26,157 nt of DNA from a virus (taxonomy: Duplodnaviria; Caudoviricetes). Shown here piece after piece: positions 1 to 7,616 of this stretch (position 1 is the stretch's first letter; the number at the start of each line of letters is the position of its first letter). The position numbers and the translations under genes are program-made. Under the pieces are notes generated by a model. That model worked only from the letters and a program-made list of their open reading frames with translations, did not search any database and was not told the DNA's origin. Location of the stretch: positions 1 through 26,157 of IMG/VR virus record IMGVR_UViG_3300027828_000090, one strand, 5' to 3'.

Positions 1-1
1 C

Positions 2-97
2 GAAGAGGAAGCGGCTGAGTTGTGGGAGCGCATAAAGACTTGGGCGGTTAAGTATCTAGGCCATGAGGCAGTTAATTCGTATGAAGGGGGATGGTGA
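2..97 (+). CDS. 3' end of upstream gene (partial; possibly NinB-like)
   Basis: Frame 2 is open from the window edge: EEEAAELWERIKTWAVKYLGHEAVNSYEGGW*. The stop overlaps the next ATG (TGATG at 95-99). NinB resemblance is weak and based on position. Confidence 0.55.
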   Translation, partial: EEEAAELWERIKTWAVKYLGHEAVNSYEGGW

Positions 98-99
98 TG
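68..99 (+). repeat. 32-bp perfect direct repeat A, copy 1
   Basis: gcagttaattcgtatgaagggggatggtgatg is identical at 68-99 and 801-832. Confidence 0.97.
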
Positions 100-780
100 G
101 AGAAGGTTGAGATAGGCAATGCGGTTCTTTATCACGCTGACTGCATGGAGATATTGCCGACGCTGGACAAGGTTGATGCGGTAGTGACTGACCCGCCTTA
201 TGTGGTCAGTGCCGGGCTGCATGGTGGTGCTTTCGGTGATAGGGATTATTTATCAGACATGGAGAGCGCGGGCATTACCGAGGGTTTCGATTTAAGTGTT
301 TTTGACGGAAGTGCGAACACGGTTTCTTTCTGCTCAAAAGACCAGTTAATAGCTTACATAGAGTTTGCGACCGCCGCTGGCCTGAAATGGGATTTATTGG
401 CGTGGCACAAAACAAACCCTACGCCGCTATGTCATGAACGTTATTTGCCAGACGTTGAGTATATTTTTCATTTAAGAGCTAAGGGTGTTCCTGTAAGGGG
501 CGGCTATGAAAACAAATCGAGGGTTATTCAGTTTCCTACAGGCGGCAATAAATACAAACACCCAACGGTCAAACCAGTGGAGGTTATTTCAACACTGCTA
601 GTGTCCTGCTCTGATGAGGGGGCGTTAATTCTAGACCCCTTCATGGGCAGCGGCACAACGGGCGTTGCCTGCATGAATTTAGGCCGTAAGTTCATCGGCA
701 TAGAGCGCGAGAAAAAATACTTTGACATTGCCTGCGAACGCATAGAAGCAGCACAAGCTCAGGGCAGGCTGTTCGCATGA
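97..780 (+). CDS. DNA amino-methyltransferase (N6-A/N4-C, beta-type motif order)
   Basis: VTDPPY catalytic motif near the N-terminus, HPTVKP, and ILDPFMGSGTTG SAM-binding motif followed by GRKFIGIE. ATG 97 is coupled to the upstream stop (ATG 91 is the alternative). Confidence 0.93.
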   Translation: MEKVEIGNAVLYHADCMEILPTLDKVDAVVTDPPYVVSAGLHGGAFGDRDYLSDMESAGITEGFDLSVFDGSANTVSFCSKDQLIAYIEFATAAGLKWDLLAWHKTNPTPLCHERYLPDVEYIFHLRAKGVPVRGGYENKSRVIQFPTGGNKYKHPTVKPVEVISTLLVSCSDEGALILDPFMGSGTTGVACMNLGRKFIGIEREKKYFDIACERIEAAQAQGRLFA

Positions 781-830
781 GCGGAATTAAACGCACCACA
801 GCAGTTAATTCGTATGAAGGGGGATGGTGA
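777..830 (+). CDS. 17-aa chimeric mini-ORF (ninG-like start fused to upstream gene end)
   Basis: MSGIKRTTAVNSYEGGW*. ATGA overlap with the methylase stop and TGATG overlap with the next start. Confidence 0.55.
   Translation: MSGIKRTTAVNSYEGGW
778..804 (+). repeat. 27-bp perfect direct repeat B, copy 1
   Basis: tgagcggaattaaacgcaccacagcag is identical at 778-804 and 980-1006; overlaps repeat A copy 2 by GCAG (801-804). Confidence 0.97.
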
Positions 831-832
831 TG
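801..832 (+). repeat. 32-bp perfect direct repeat A, copy 2
   Basis: Identical to 68-99. Confidence 0.97.
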
Positions 833-982
833 AATTGGCTTGACAGGTTTTTGGTCTGGTTACTGCCTGACCCTATCCACTGCCCTGAGTGCGGTGAACA
901 GGCGAGGCGAATTGAGTGCGCGGTGATTCCTCACGGTTACTGCGATGGGTGTGATTTGGTTTTTTACGGGGTGGATGAGTGA
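830..982 (+). CDS. 50-aa zinc-ribbon protein (not in ORF track)
   Basis: MNWLDRFLVWLLPDPIHCPECGEQARRIECAVIPHGYCDGCDLVFYGVDE*. Has CPEC and CDGC pairs, a GGGGG SD-like run, and a GTGA overlap with the next gene. Confidence 0.75.
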   Translation: MNWLDRFLVWLLPDPIHCPECGEQARRIECAVIPHGYCDGCDLVFYGVDE

Positions 983-1410
983 GCGGAATTAAACGCACCA
1001 CAGCAGACAAGCATTTTTCCGATGCGGTCAGGGAGTCGTTTGATTTCACCTGTCGGAGTTGCGGCATCAACGGGCGGCATCAGCCGGGAATGATGGACTG
1101 CTCTCATGTCTTTTCCAGAAAGCACCGGAACACCCGCTGGCATCCATTGAATGCGTTGTGCCTCTGCCGATCTTGTCACCAGAAGATGAGCGATAGGCCA
1201 CCTGTTCACGCGGAGCTAGTCCGAAAGGTGTGGGGCGAGGAAAAGTATTACTGGCTGATTAGGGAGCATAACAAGGTGGCGAAGATTCCGAAGGCGCAGG
1301 AAAAGGATATTGCCAAGCACTACAAGGCAGAGAAAGAGAGGGTTCAGGGACTCCGTGCAATGGGGCGGGGTGGGTATATCAAGATTAATAATTGGATGGA
1401 TACGGAATGA
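979..1410 (+). CDS. ninG: NinG/Rap-like HNH-fold endonuclease
   Basis: CRSCG...DCSHVFSR...TRWHPLNALCLCRSCH pattern; located upstream of the late regulator as in lambdoid nin regions. Confidence 0.7.
   Translation: MSGIKRTTADKHFSDAVRESFDFTCRSCGINGRHQPGMMDCSHVFSRKHRNTRWHPLNALCLCRSCHQKMSDRPPVHAELVRKVWGEEKYYWLIREHNKVAKIPKAQEKDIAKHYKAEKERVQGLRAMGRGGYIKINNWMDTE
980..1006 (+). repeat. 27-bp perfect direct repeat B, copy 2
   Basis: Identical to 778-804; forms the start of the NinG-like gene. Confidence 0.97.
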
Positions 1411-1892
1411 GTCAGGGCAGGTCTGTACGCAGCATATTCGTGAAAGAAACCGGAACAGTCTTAGATGGTCAGTGGTGTTCTGAGAGGACTATTGCCGAGG
1501 TGATGAAGAAGGGGCGCGGGTGGGTGCGTAACCGTCTGATTATCACCGCGAACGGCAGGAAGTTTCTGACAGGTAAGAGCATCGCGGATAACGTGGATGC
1601 CCGGACGCTGGGGGTCAAGTTAGAGGTGGTCAGCGGGGAATACGCGGGGCAAAAGATGACGCTAAAGGAGATAGCAGAAGCCTATGACCGTTCACAGAAT
1701 TGGGCTTCATCCAGACGGGTCGGGAACACATGGGACTTAAACCGCTTTCCGGTGCGGGAGTTTCGGGAGCGTAAGGAAGCGTGTGGGGTTCGGCTGAAGG
1801 CAGAGAAGTGCGTGACGCACAAGAACAACCTAAACCCTGCCGCCCTGCTATTCGGTTCAATGAAATGGGGGGAGTGCAATGCTCACGGATGA
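1407..1892 (+). CDS. hypothetical protein, possibly two HTH-like DNA-binding repeats
   Basis: ATGA-coupled start at 1407; segments SERTIAEVMKKGRGWVRNRL and TLKEIAEAYDRSQNWASSRR resemble each other and HTH motifs. Confidence 0.6.
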   Translation: MSQGRSVRSIFVKETGTVLDGQWCSERTIAEVMKKGRGWVRNRLIITANGRKFLTGKSIADNVDARTLGVKLEVVSGEYAGQKMTLKEIAEAYDRSQNWASSRRVGNTWDLNRFPVREFRERKEACGVRLKAEKCVTHKNNLNPAALLFGSMKWGECNAHG

Positions 1893-2184
1893 GCAACGGA
1901 CGCGGATTATCAAGGCAAGAGGCAAGCGGGTGCGGTTTCGGGTTCAGTTGGCATCCAGACAGGAAAAGACAGCAAGGCGGGGCATGGTGTCGCTGTTCAA
2001 GATAGATCACAAGCGACCGAATACGCTGCTGAGAGAAGGGCAGAGGGCAGAGGATGACCGTTACAGGGAGGTGGTTGGTGAGCCGCCATTGCTGGTTGGG
2101 ATTTATACGCCCGAAGTCGATTTGTGCTTGATTGATGATGACATTGCGTTATCGGTTCAGGAATACATGGAGGCGCGTAAATGA
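1879..2184 (+). CDS. hypothetical protein
   Basis: GGGGGAG SD; tiles between neighbours with overlaps. Confidence 0.65.
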   Translation: MLTDEQRTRIIKARGKRVRFRVQLASRQEKTARRGMVSLFKIDHKRPNTLLREGQRAEDDRYREVVGEPPLLVGIYTPEVDLCLIDDDIALSVQEYMEARK

Positions 2185-2609
2185 GAAAAGCGCGGAGTCA
2201 GTTCGGGCTTGAGGCGCAGGAGTATTTCGACAGGATGCGAATACTCGACCTTGAGCATGGTTATTCAAAGATAAGCCCCGCAGCACCTCCGTGGGCGAGG
2301 GAGCAGCACTCAAGCAATGAACCAGAGCCGCCTGGGAATCATCGGTATCATCGGGTGCTGACCAAAGGACTGAACAGCAGACAACTGCACATTCATCGGG
2401 GATTTGTGGCATTGCCTGACACGGAAAAGGCTATTTTGTGGCTTCAGTTCGGTTACTGGCCTGAAAATGGAAAGACCGCAACAAACAGCCAAAGGGCGAA
2501 ACTGGCAGGGATGTCGGTTGGTTCGTATCGCAGCAAAGTGCAGACTGCTAAGGGACGTTGGCGGGAATCCATTAAGCGTGTCAGAGCGTGTCAATTTGTG
2601 ACAGCTTAA
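2181..2609 (+). CDS. late transcription regulator (Q antiterminator-like / sigma region-4-like HTH)
   Basis: GGAGG SD; LPDTEKAILWLQF...NSQRAKLAGMSVGSYRSKVQTAK HTH-like C-terminus; last gene before an intergenic promoter/terminator and the late operon. Confidence 0.7.
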   Translation: MRKARSQFGLEAQEYFDRMRILDLEHGYSKISPAAPPWAREQHSSNEPEPPGNHRYHRVLTKGLNSRQLHIHRGFVALPDTEKAILWLQFGYWPENGKTATNSQRAKLAGMSVGSYRSKVQTAKGRWRESIKRVRACQFVTA

Positions 2610-2633
2610 CTGGGGTTAATGTGAGACTATAAA
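2606..2633 (+). promoter_or_regulatory. candidate late promoter (pR'-like)
   Basis: TTAACT (2606-2611), 16-nt spacer, TATAAA (2628-2633), directly after the Q-like gene and just upstream of a terminator. Confidence 0.4.
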
Positions 2634-2655
2634 AGTAAGATGGAAACACTTTTGC

Positions 2656-2682
2656 AAGCTGCGCTCCGGTGCGGCTTTTTTT
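2656..2682 (+). terminator. intrinsic terminator (tR'-like)
   Basis: aagctgcgc-tccg-gtgcggctt hairpin running into a T7 tract. Confidence 0.8.
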
Positions 2683-2814
2683 ATGTCTGACTCAGACGAG
2701 CAGGGCAAAGATCGCCGCAGGGAAGTTGAGCGGTTGAGGGCGCAGGGTTATTCGCCCGAAGAGATTGCCGCCTTATTGTCTGAGGATAAGTGGGACGGTT
2801 ACTCATCACACTGA
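2683..2814 (+). CDS. 43-aa small protein, HTH-like (not in ORF track)
   Basis: MSDSDEQGKDRRREVERLRAQGYSPEEIAALLSEDKWDGYSSH*; no clear SD. Confidence 0.45.
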   Translation: MSDSDEQGKDRRREVERLRAQGYSPEEIAALLSEDKWDGYSSH

Positions 2815-2892
2815 GCGAGAGGGCATCAGTTCGGGCGGGGCTTCACCCTATACCCTCTCTCCCTCTCGCGGGGTGAATGTCCCTGCCTTTTT
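2815..2892 (+). other. structured intergenic RNA element (hairpin + T tract with competing/pseudoknot pairing)
   Basis: gcgagaggg 2815-2823 is the reverse complement of ccctctcgc 2861-2869; 2834-2848 pairs with 2871-2887; followed by T5. Confidence 0.5.
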
Positions 2893-2908
2893 AACTTTGG
2901 GGGTTGCA

Positions 2909-3046
2909 ATGGATTGGATTAAAGCGAAATACGCACGGGCGCAGGTCTGGTATGACGAAACCCGGCTGAACTTTGACCGCACCAGTTACGTTCTAGGTGC
3001 TGTGAGTGCCGTGGTTGTGATTGCCCTGCTGAGTTCCATTGGTTGA
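2909..3046 (+). CDS. 45-aa single-pass membrane protein
   Basis: ATG 2909 preceded by GGGGG; hydrophobic C-terminus YVLGAVSAVVVIALLSSIG. Confidence 0.65.
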   Translation: MDWIKAKYARAQVWYDETRLNFDRTSYVLGAVSAVVVIALLSSIG

Positions 3047-3193
3047 TTGCAAACCATCCCACTCACAATAGCCACTCTCTGCTATGTCTGGACTGCATTG
3101 GTCTTGATTGCAAAGGGTGATTACCCGCTAGGGATGACGTTTAGCTTTTACGCATTGGCGAATATCGGCCTGATGTGGGCCACATGGCATTAG
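3047..3193 (+). CDS. 48-aa two-helix membrane protein (not in ORF track)
   Basis: TTG directly after the previous stop: MQTIPLTIATLCYVWTALVLIAKGDYPLGMTFSFYALANIGLMWATWH*; fills the gap exactly. Confidence 0.6.
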   Translation: MQTIPLTIATLCYVWTALVLIAKGDYPLGMTFSFYALANIGLMWATWH

Positions 3194-3546
3194 CGGCAAA
3201 GAAGATATGCAGCCACCCCGGTTGTGGTGTCCTGACCAATAACAGCCGATGCAGCAAGCACGACAAGCCCAAATTCAGACGCGCACCGGATAGACGGGGA
3301 AGCGCGGCAAGTCGGGGCTATGACAGCAAATGGCAGTCGTTAAGACGCAGTTTCATCATGCACCACCCTCTCTGTAAGCACTGCGAGGAAGAGGGGCGGG
3401 TGACTCCGGCGCAGGACGTTGACCATATACAGCGATTCAACGGCATAAATGACCCGTTAAGGCTGGACTGGAACAACCTGCAAAGTCTGTGCAGAAAATG
3501 TCATAACCGCAAGACAGTGAGAGAGAATGTACGACCGGGAAGTTGA
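3184..3546 (+). CDS. terminase-associated HNH endonuclease (HK97 gp74-like)
   Basis: CSHPGC...RCSKH N-terminus, RGYDSKW, HPLCKHC, VDHI...NNLQSLCRKCHNRKT. Confidence 0.9.
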   Translation: MALAAKKICSHPGCGVLTNNSRCSKHDKPKFRRAPDRRGSAASRGYDSKWQSLRRSFIMHHPLCKHCEEEGRVTPAQDVDHIQRFNGINDPLRLDWNNLQSLCRKCHNRKTVRENVRPGS

Positions 3547-4048
3547 AAAGGCTCGTTATATCGAGTGTTACAAGTCACCGACATATCACTGCAAGCCTAA
3601 GCGCAGAAAGCCCACCTTCGACCTGATGAACAGGGCGGAGGGTGAGAGTTGGCTGGATGTGGGTTGCGGTCGCGGTGAGGTGTTAGATCAGGCCGAGCGT
3701 CTGGGTTTCCGTGCGTTAGGCATTGAGACTGTCCCCGCCCTGATTGACGGAAAGCGGGTATTTGAGGGCGATGCTTGTGCGTTGCCTTTCTCTGATGCGG
3801 GCTTTGATGTTGTTTCCTGCTTTGATGTGCTTGAACACCTTGTGCCGGGTGATGAAGTAACCGCCCTGAAAGAGTTTAAGCGTTTGGCAACTAGGTTTGT
3901 CCTGCTGAGTGCGGATAACAAGAAACAACCTCTGCACATCAATATCAAGACTTATCCAGAGTGGGATGAACTCATCCGGTCGGTATTCCCATCAGCGGAG
4001 TGGGTGAAGCACGACCCGCACCCTCAGTTCTGGATAGCTGAAGTGTGA
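3527..4048 (+). CDS. class I SAM-dependent (non-DNA) methyltransferase
   Basis: WLDVGCGRG motif I; GDACALPFSDAGFDVVSCFDVLEH. Confidence 0.88.
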   Translation: MYDREVEKARYIECYKSPTYHCKPKRRKPTFDLMNRAEGESWLDVGCGRGEVLDQAERLGFRALGIETVPALIDGKRVFEGDACALPFSDAGFDVVSCFDVLEHLVPGDEVTALKEFKRLATRFVLLSADNKKQPLHINIKTYPEWDELIRSVFPSAEWVKHDPHPQFWIAEV

Positions 4049-4833
4049 AGGTCTGCATTTACACCCGCAGTCATGCACCTCATCAGGATCAGTTTCATGG
4101 TGCATTCGGTGAAGGGTTAAGGGCGCACGGCATACAACCAGAGCATCTGATTACAGGCCAATGGAAGGAGTCGGATGTTGCGGTTGTGTGGGGTGAGCGG
4201 AATCGGCAAAGCGCGGAAAAGTTTGCCAGAAATGTATTGATATTAGAGCGCGGATATTACCGTGACCGCTTCACCTTCACCTCTGCTGCTTGGAATGGAC
4301 TGAACGGCAGGGGTGAATTTTGCAATGCTGATAGCCCGTCAGACAGATGGGAAAAGCATGGAGTCCCTGTAAAGGATTGGAAGCAGGGTGGTGAATACAT
4401 CCTGTTACTGGGGCAAGTCCCCGGAGATTATAGCCATAGACACACAGACATTAACGGATTCTATCTTGAGGCTCTTGCTCAGTTGGGTGGGGGCGCTCTT
4501 CCTGTTGTGTTTCGTCCTCACCCTCTTAGTCGTGGGGGCAATCCGGGCTGCATGGTGGATGCCAGTGCGACTTTGGAACAAGCACTGTCTAAAGCCGCAT
4601 ACGCAGTAACTTTCAACAGTAACAGCGCGGTTGATGCGGTGCTTGATGGAGTGCCGTGCATAACGATGGATGAGGGTTCGATGGCTTGGGATGTAACAGG
4701 TCACGAATGGGAACAACCACCAACACCTGACCGGACGCAGTGGCTGCATGACTTGGCTTATTGCCAGTGGTCAGAAGATGAAATGAGAGAGGGCATAGCA
4801 TGGCAACACTTGAAGAAAGGGTTGAACGCTTAG
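4045..4833 (+). CDS. GT-B-type glycosyltransferase-like protein (capsule biosynthesis KpsC/KpsS-like motifs)
   Basis: ILERGY, LLGQVPGD, VFRPHP and VTFNSNSAVDAVLDGVP correspond to the QxxxD, HP and TxNS...A..G.P motifs of capsule beta-Kdo transferase-like proteins. Confidence 0.7.
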   Translation: MKVCIYTRSHAPHQDQFHGAFGEGLRAHGIQPEHLITGQWKESDVAVVWGERNRQSAEKFARNVLILERGYYRDRFTFTSAAWNGLNGRGEFCNADSPSDRWEKHGVPVKDWKQGGEYILLLGQVPGDYSHRHTDINGFYLEALAQLGGGALPVVFRPHPLSRGGNPGCMVDASATLEQALSKAAYAVTFNSNSAVDAVLDGVPCITMDEGSMAWDVTGHEWEQPPTPDRTQWLHDLAYCQWSEDEMREGIAWQHLKKGLNA

Positions 4834-4976
4834 AGCGTAGAGATTCACGCAATCGGCGCATGATTCGCCGGATAGCTAAGGCGTTATACATGGCGGCAGA
4901 GAATGGCTTACTGCCTAACACCTGTCGGGCATTGTTTAAGGCTGAGTATGACGAGGCAGAACGTGCCGATTTATGA
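4800..4976 (+). CDS. 58-aa coiled-coil protein (not in ORF track)
   Basis: GAGAGAGGG SD; MATLEERVERLERRDSRNRRMIRRIAKALYMAAENGLLPNTCRALFKAEYDEAERADL*. Confidence 0.65.
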   Translation: MATLEERVERLERRDSRNRRMIRRIAKALYMAAENGLLPNTCRALFKAEYDEAERADL

Positions 4977-5145
4977 ATACAGATGTGAGGACTGCAATCA
5001 CGTTCACGCATACCTCGCTCATGTAGATAACAGAGAGACAGACCGCATCTGTCCAGAGTGTCAGGGCGTTGCGAGGTTCAAGCTGTCAGCAACAAAGACC
5101 ACGTTCAAGGAAGCGGATAAGAGCGGGATAAAGAAAGGCGAGTGA
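4963..5145 (+). CDS. FmdB-family zinc-ribbon protein
   Basis: GTG start with GAGG SD gives MPIYEYRCEDCNH...ICPECQG, the CxxC_CxxC FmdB signature. Confidence 0.8.
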   Translation: MPIYEYRCEDCNHVHAYLAHVDNRETDRICPECQGVARFKLSATKTTFKEADKSGIKKGE

Positions 5146-5807
5146 GATTCTGTAAGAACTGTGGACAGGAGTTCACACCAAAAGAAGCAGACCGAAAGAC
5201 CTTCTGTGGCAGAGGCTGCTCTTACGAGTACCTTGCCAAGCACGGCAGGCCAGAGCGGAGAAAGCCGCCGCTGGTCAGCATTCTCAAGCGTTCATGTAGG
5301 CAGTGTGGCAAACGGTTCACAGCGGTACGCAATGCGGTCTACTGCTCTGATGAATGCAGGGCAGAGCGCAACAGAGAGCGAGGCAAGCGGCAGGACAGAA
5401 CAAAGACCTGCGATGTGTGTGCCAAGACATACACGGTTGCACCTGATGAGTATATGACTGCCTTCTGCTCAGACGAGTGTAGGCAGAGTCGTGAGCGTGA
5501 GCAGAGGTCTGCTGGTAAGGCAAGGCGCAGGGCAAGAGAGCGCACCACTCAGACAGAGACAGTCTCATGGCTAACTATTGCAGGGCGTGATGGTTATGCC
5601 TGTAACGCTTGTGGATGCGACACACCGAAAGCATTGCGCGGCACACACTATGACAACGCGCCTGAGTTAGATCATGTGGTTGCTCTGGCTCAAGGCGGCA
5701 CACATACAGCGGACAACTTGCAGATACTTTGTCGATTGTGCAATCAGATGAAGTCAGACAAGCCAATGGCAGAGTTCATGCGGGAAATGGGACTACATAC
5801 CCCCTAA
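5142..5807 (+). CDS. HNH endonuclease with three N-terminal CxxC...CxxxC zinc-finger repeats
   Basis: CKNC..FCGRGC, CRQC..YCSDEC, CDVC..FCSDEC; C-terminal CNACG...ELDHVVALAQGGTHTADNLQILCRLCNQMK. Confidence 0.85.
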   Translation: MRFCKNCGQEFTPKEADRKTFCGRGCSYEYLAKHGRPERRKPPLVSILKRSCRQCGKRFTAVRNAVYCSDECRAERNRERGKRQDRTKTCDVCAKTYTVAPDEYMTAFCSDECRQSREREQRSAGKARRRARERTTQTETVSWLTIAGRDGYACNACGCDTPKALRGTHYDNAPELDHVVALAQGGTHTADNLQILCRLCNQMKSDKPMAEFMREMGLHTP

Positions 5808-5841
5808 CCCCAATCCATCTCTAGAGCATATGGTTTTCCAA

Positions 5842-5857
5842 GACCGAGCCGCCAGTC
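5842..5857. promoter_or_regulatory. candidate cos (cohesive end) site
   Basis: In the non-coding gap before terS: GAC-[CGAGCCGCCA]-GTC, a 10-nt GC-rich core flanked by an inverted trinucleotide. This is the expected position for HNH/P27-terS 3'-overhang phages. Confidence 0.45.
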
Positions 5858-5897
5858 AATTTTACGTCACCGCAGAATTTAGCTTAGGGGGTTCGCA

Positions 5898-6350
5898 ATG
5901 GGTAGAACCGCATCGCCAACCAGTTTGAAGATTATCAAAGGCAATCCGGGTAAGAGGGCATTGCCTCAGAACGAGCCAGAGCCAGCACCGATCAGCGCAG
6001 ACACGCCCGCTCCGAAAGAGATTGAGGGGATGCCGGATGCGTGTTGGGCTTGGTCGGACATCCTGCCCCGGCTCTGCAATATGCAGGTAATGACCGAGGC
6101 CGACATTCCGATGCTGGTCATGTACTGCGAAGCGTATGCGGATGAGAAGAGCGCAGTCGCTCAGATGGGTGAGACTGGCGCGGTTCAGGTTGCTGCGTCA
6201 GGCCATGCACAAGTCAGTGCGTGGTACACAGTTCGGAAGGATGCCCGTGCATTGCGCTTGAAAATTTTGGGTCTGTTCGGGTTAAGCCCGTCAGACCGCA
6301 CAAAGGTGCAGAAGATTGCTGCACCGAAGAAGGCGAACAAGTTTGATTGA
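5898..6350 (+). CDS. terS: terminase small subunit (P27 family)
   Basis: MGR..PTSLKIIKGNPGKRAL N-terminus; FGLSPSDR C-terminal motif. Confidence 0.92.
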   Translation: MGRTASPTSLKIIKGNPGKRALPQNEPEPAPISADTPAPKEIEGMPDACWAWSDILPRLCNMQVMTEADIPMLVMYCEAYADEKSAVAQMGETGAVQVAASGHAQVSAWYTVRKDARALRLKILGLFGLSPSDRTKVQKIAAPKKANKFD

Positions 6351-6549
6351 ATATTTTGTAAGTCTGATTGTGGTCTGCATCGTTTTCGCGGTGATTAGTT
6401 CGTATGTTCGGACGTTCCTGAGAAAGCGCAGAGACAATCAGCGTGACTTGTACCTTGTGGACACTAAGTGGGGCGTGGTTATTGCCAAGCCTCGCCACTT
6501 TGACCGCTTGAATAGAGCGCATCTGGTCAAGGACTTTGAGACGTTCTAA
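6343..6549 (+). CDS. small membrane-anchored hypothetical protein
   Basis: TTG 6343 overlaps the terS end; hydrophobic N-terminus then RKRR; TAATG coupling to the next gene. Confidence 0.6.
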   Translation: MIEYFVSLIVVCIVFAVISSYVRTFLRKRRDNQRDLYLVDTKWGVVIAKPRHFDRLNRAHLVKDFETF

Positions 6550-7616
6550 TGTCATTCAAGGTAATACAGGGAGATGCGCTGGAAGAGTTGCGCAGGCTTC
6601 CCGATGACAGTGTAGACCTGATATTGACTGACCCACCTTACTTTCGCGTTAAGTCGTTGTGGTGGGATAGACAGTGGGATGATTCTGCCAAGTTTATCGA
6701 GTGGATTGGCGAACTTGCTGACGAGTGGCGGCGCGTATTGCGTCCGAACGGCTCTCTCTATTGTTTCGCATCGCCACAGATGTCGGCGCGAGTAGAAGTG
6801 GAGATTGGCAAGCGGTTCAATGTGCTGAACTGCGTCAGGTGGATAAAGCCGCAAGGAAACCACAAGCGAGCGAGTCCAGATGCTCTGCGCAGGTTTTTGA
6901 CTCCGCACGAGTCCATTATATTCGCGGAACACTACAACGCAGACAATATCGCAATGGGCGGTGCTGGATACGACAAGAAGTGCGACGAGTTGCGCGGCTT
7001 TGTGTTTGAACCGCTTCGGGCTTATTTGGACGGGGAGAGAAAACGCGCCGGAATTGGAAAGGCAGAGTGTAATGTAGCCTGTGGCTTTTCCTATTCCGCT
7101 GGAGGCATGGCATCGCGCCACTACTTCAGCCGCTCTCAGTGGTGCTTGCCTACAGAGCAGCATTATAAGTCGCTTCAAGAGCTGTTTAACGAGGGTGCGG
7201 GCGAATACGAATACCTCTCCCGCGAATACGAAGAGCTGCGCCGCGAATACGAAGAGCTGCGCCGCGAATACGAAGAGCTGCGCCGCGAATACGAAGAGCT
7301 GCGCCGCCCTTTTGCGGTAACAGCGCAGACAGGCTGCGAGGACACTTGGGATATTCGCCCGGTTAATGGCTATAAGGGGAAACACCCCTGTGAGAAGCCG
7401 CAGGAACTTCTGCGCAAGATAATAGCTGCAAGCAGCCGTGAGGGGGCTGTTGTGCTGGACTGCTTCACGGGCAGTGGCTCGACAGGTGAGGCAGCGTTAG
7501 CACTAGGCCGCGAGTTCATTGGAATAGAGATAGATGATAAGTGGGTAAACGCAGCCCGTCAGAGGATTGAATCAGCGGAGCGATACGAGTCGGCACAGAT
7601 TCCGCTAGCAGTTTAA
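6549..7616 (+). CDS. DNA amino-methyltransferase (beta type) with inserted helical domain and heptad repeat
   Basis: ILTDPPY, HPCEKP, VLDCFTGSGSTG, GREFIGIE; (REYEELR)x4 insertion. Confidence 0.93.
   Translation: MSFKVIQGDALEELRRLPDDSVDLILTDPPYFRVKSLWWDRQWDDSAKFIEWIGELADEWRRVLRPNGSLYCFASPQMSARVEVEIGKRFNVLNCVRWIKPQGNHKRASPDALRRFLTPHESIIFAEHYNADNIAMGGAGYDKKCDELRGFVFEPLRAYLDGERKRAGIGKAECNVACGFSYSAGGMASRHYFSRSQWCLPTEQHYKSLQELFNEGAGEYEYLSREYEELRREYEELRREYEELRREYEELRRPFAVTAQTGCEDTWDIRPVNGYKGKHPCEKPQELLRKIIAASSREGAVVLDCFTGSGSTGEAALALGREFIGIEIDDKWVNAARQRIESAERYESAQIPLAV
7221..7304 (+). repeat. 21-bp tandem repeat x4 (in-frame VNTR)
   Basis: cgcgaatacgaagagctgcgc, four perfect copies, plus a degenerate copy at 7200-7220. 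Confidence 0.98.

Noticed and set aside
68-832. IS element or transposon with target-site duplication around the methylase
   Set aside because: No transposase or terminal inverted repeats; the repeats are gene-end and gene-start sequences explained by recombination.
2815-2887. HDV-like/theta ribozyme
   Set aside because: The P1/P2 order is superficially similar, but no P3 hairpin can form and the position equivalent to the catalytic C reads GTGAA rather than GCGAA.
2765-2908. N-terminal extension of the 93-aa ORF from TTG 2765
   Set aside because: It runs through the structured intergenic element; ATG 2909 has an SD-like run and gives a coherent membrane peptide.
7221-7304. CRISPR array
   Set aside because: The repeats are head-to-tail without spacers and lie in frame within a coding sequence; no cas genes.
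6552-7385. 277-aa minus-strand ORF with (AAQLFVF)n
   Set aside because: Antisense shadow of the methylase; its length is partly due to the stop-free tandem repeat.
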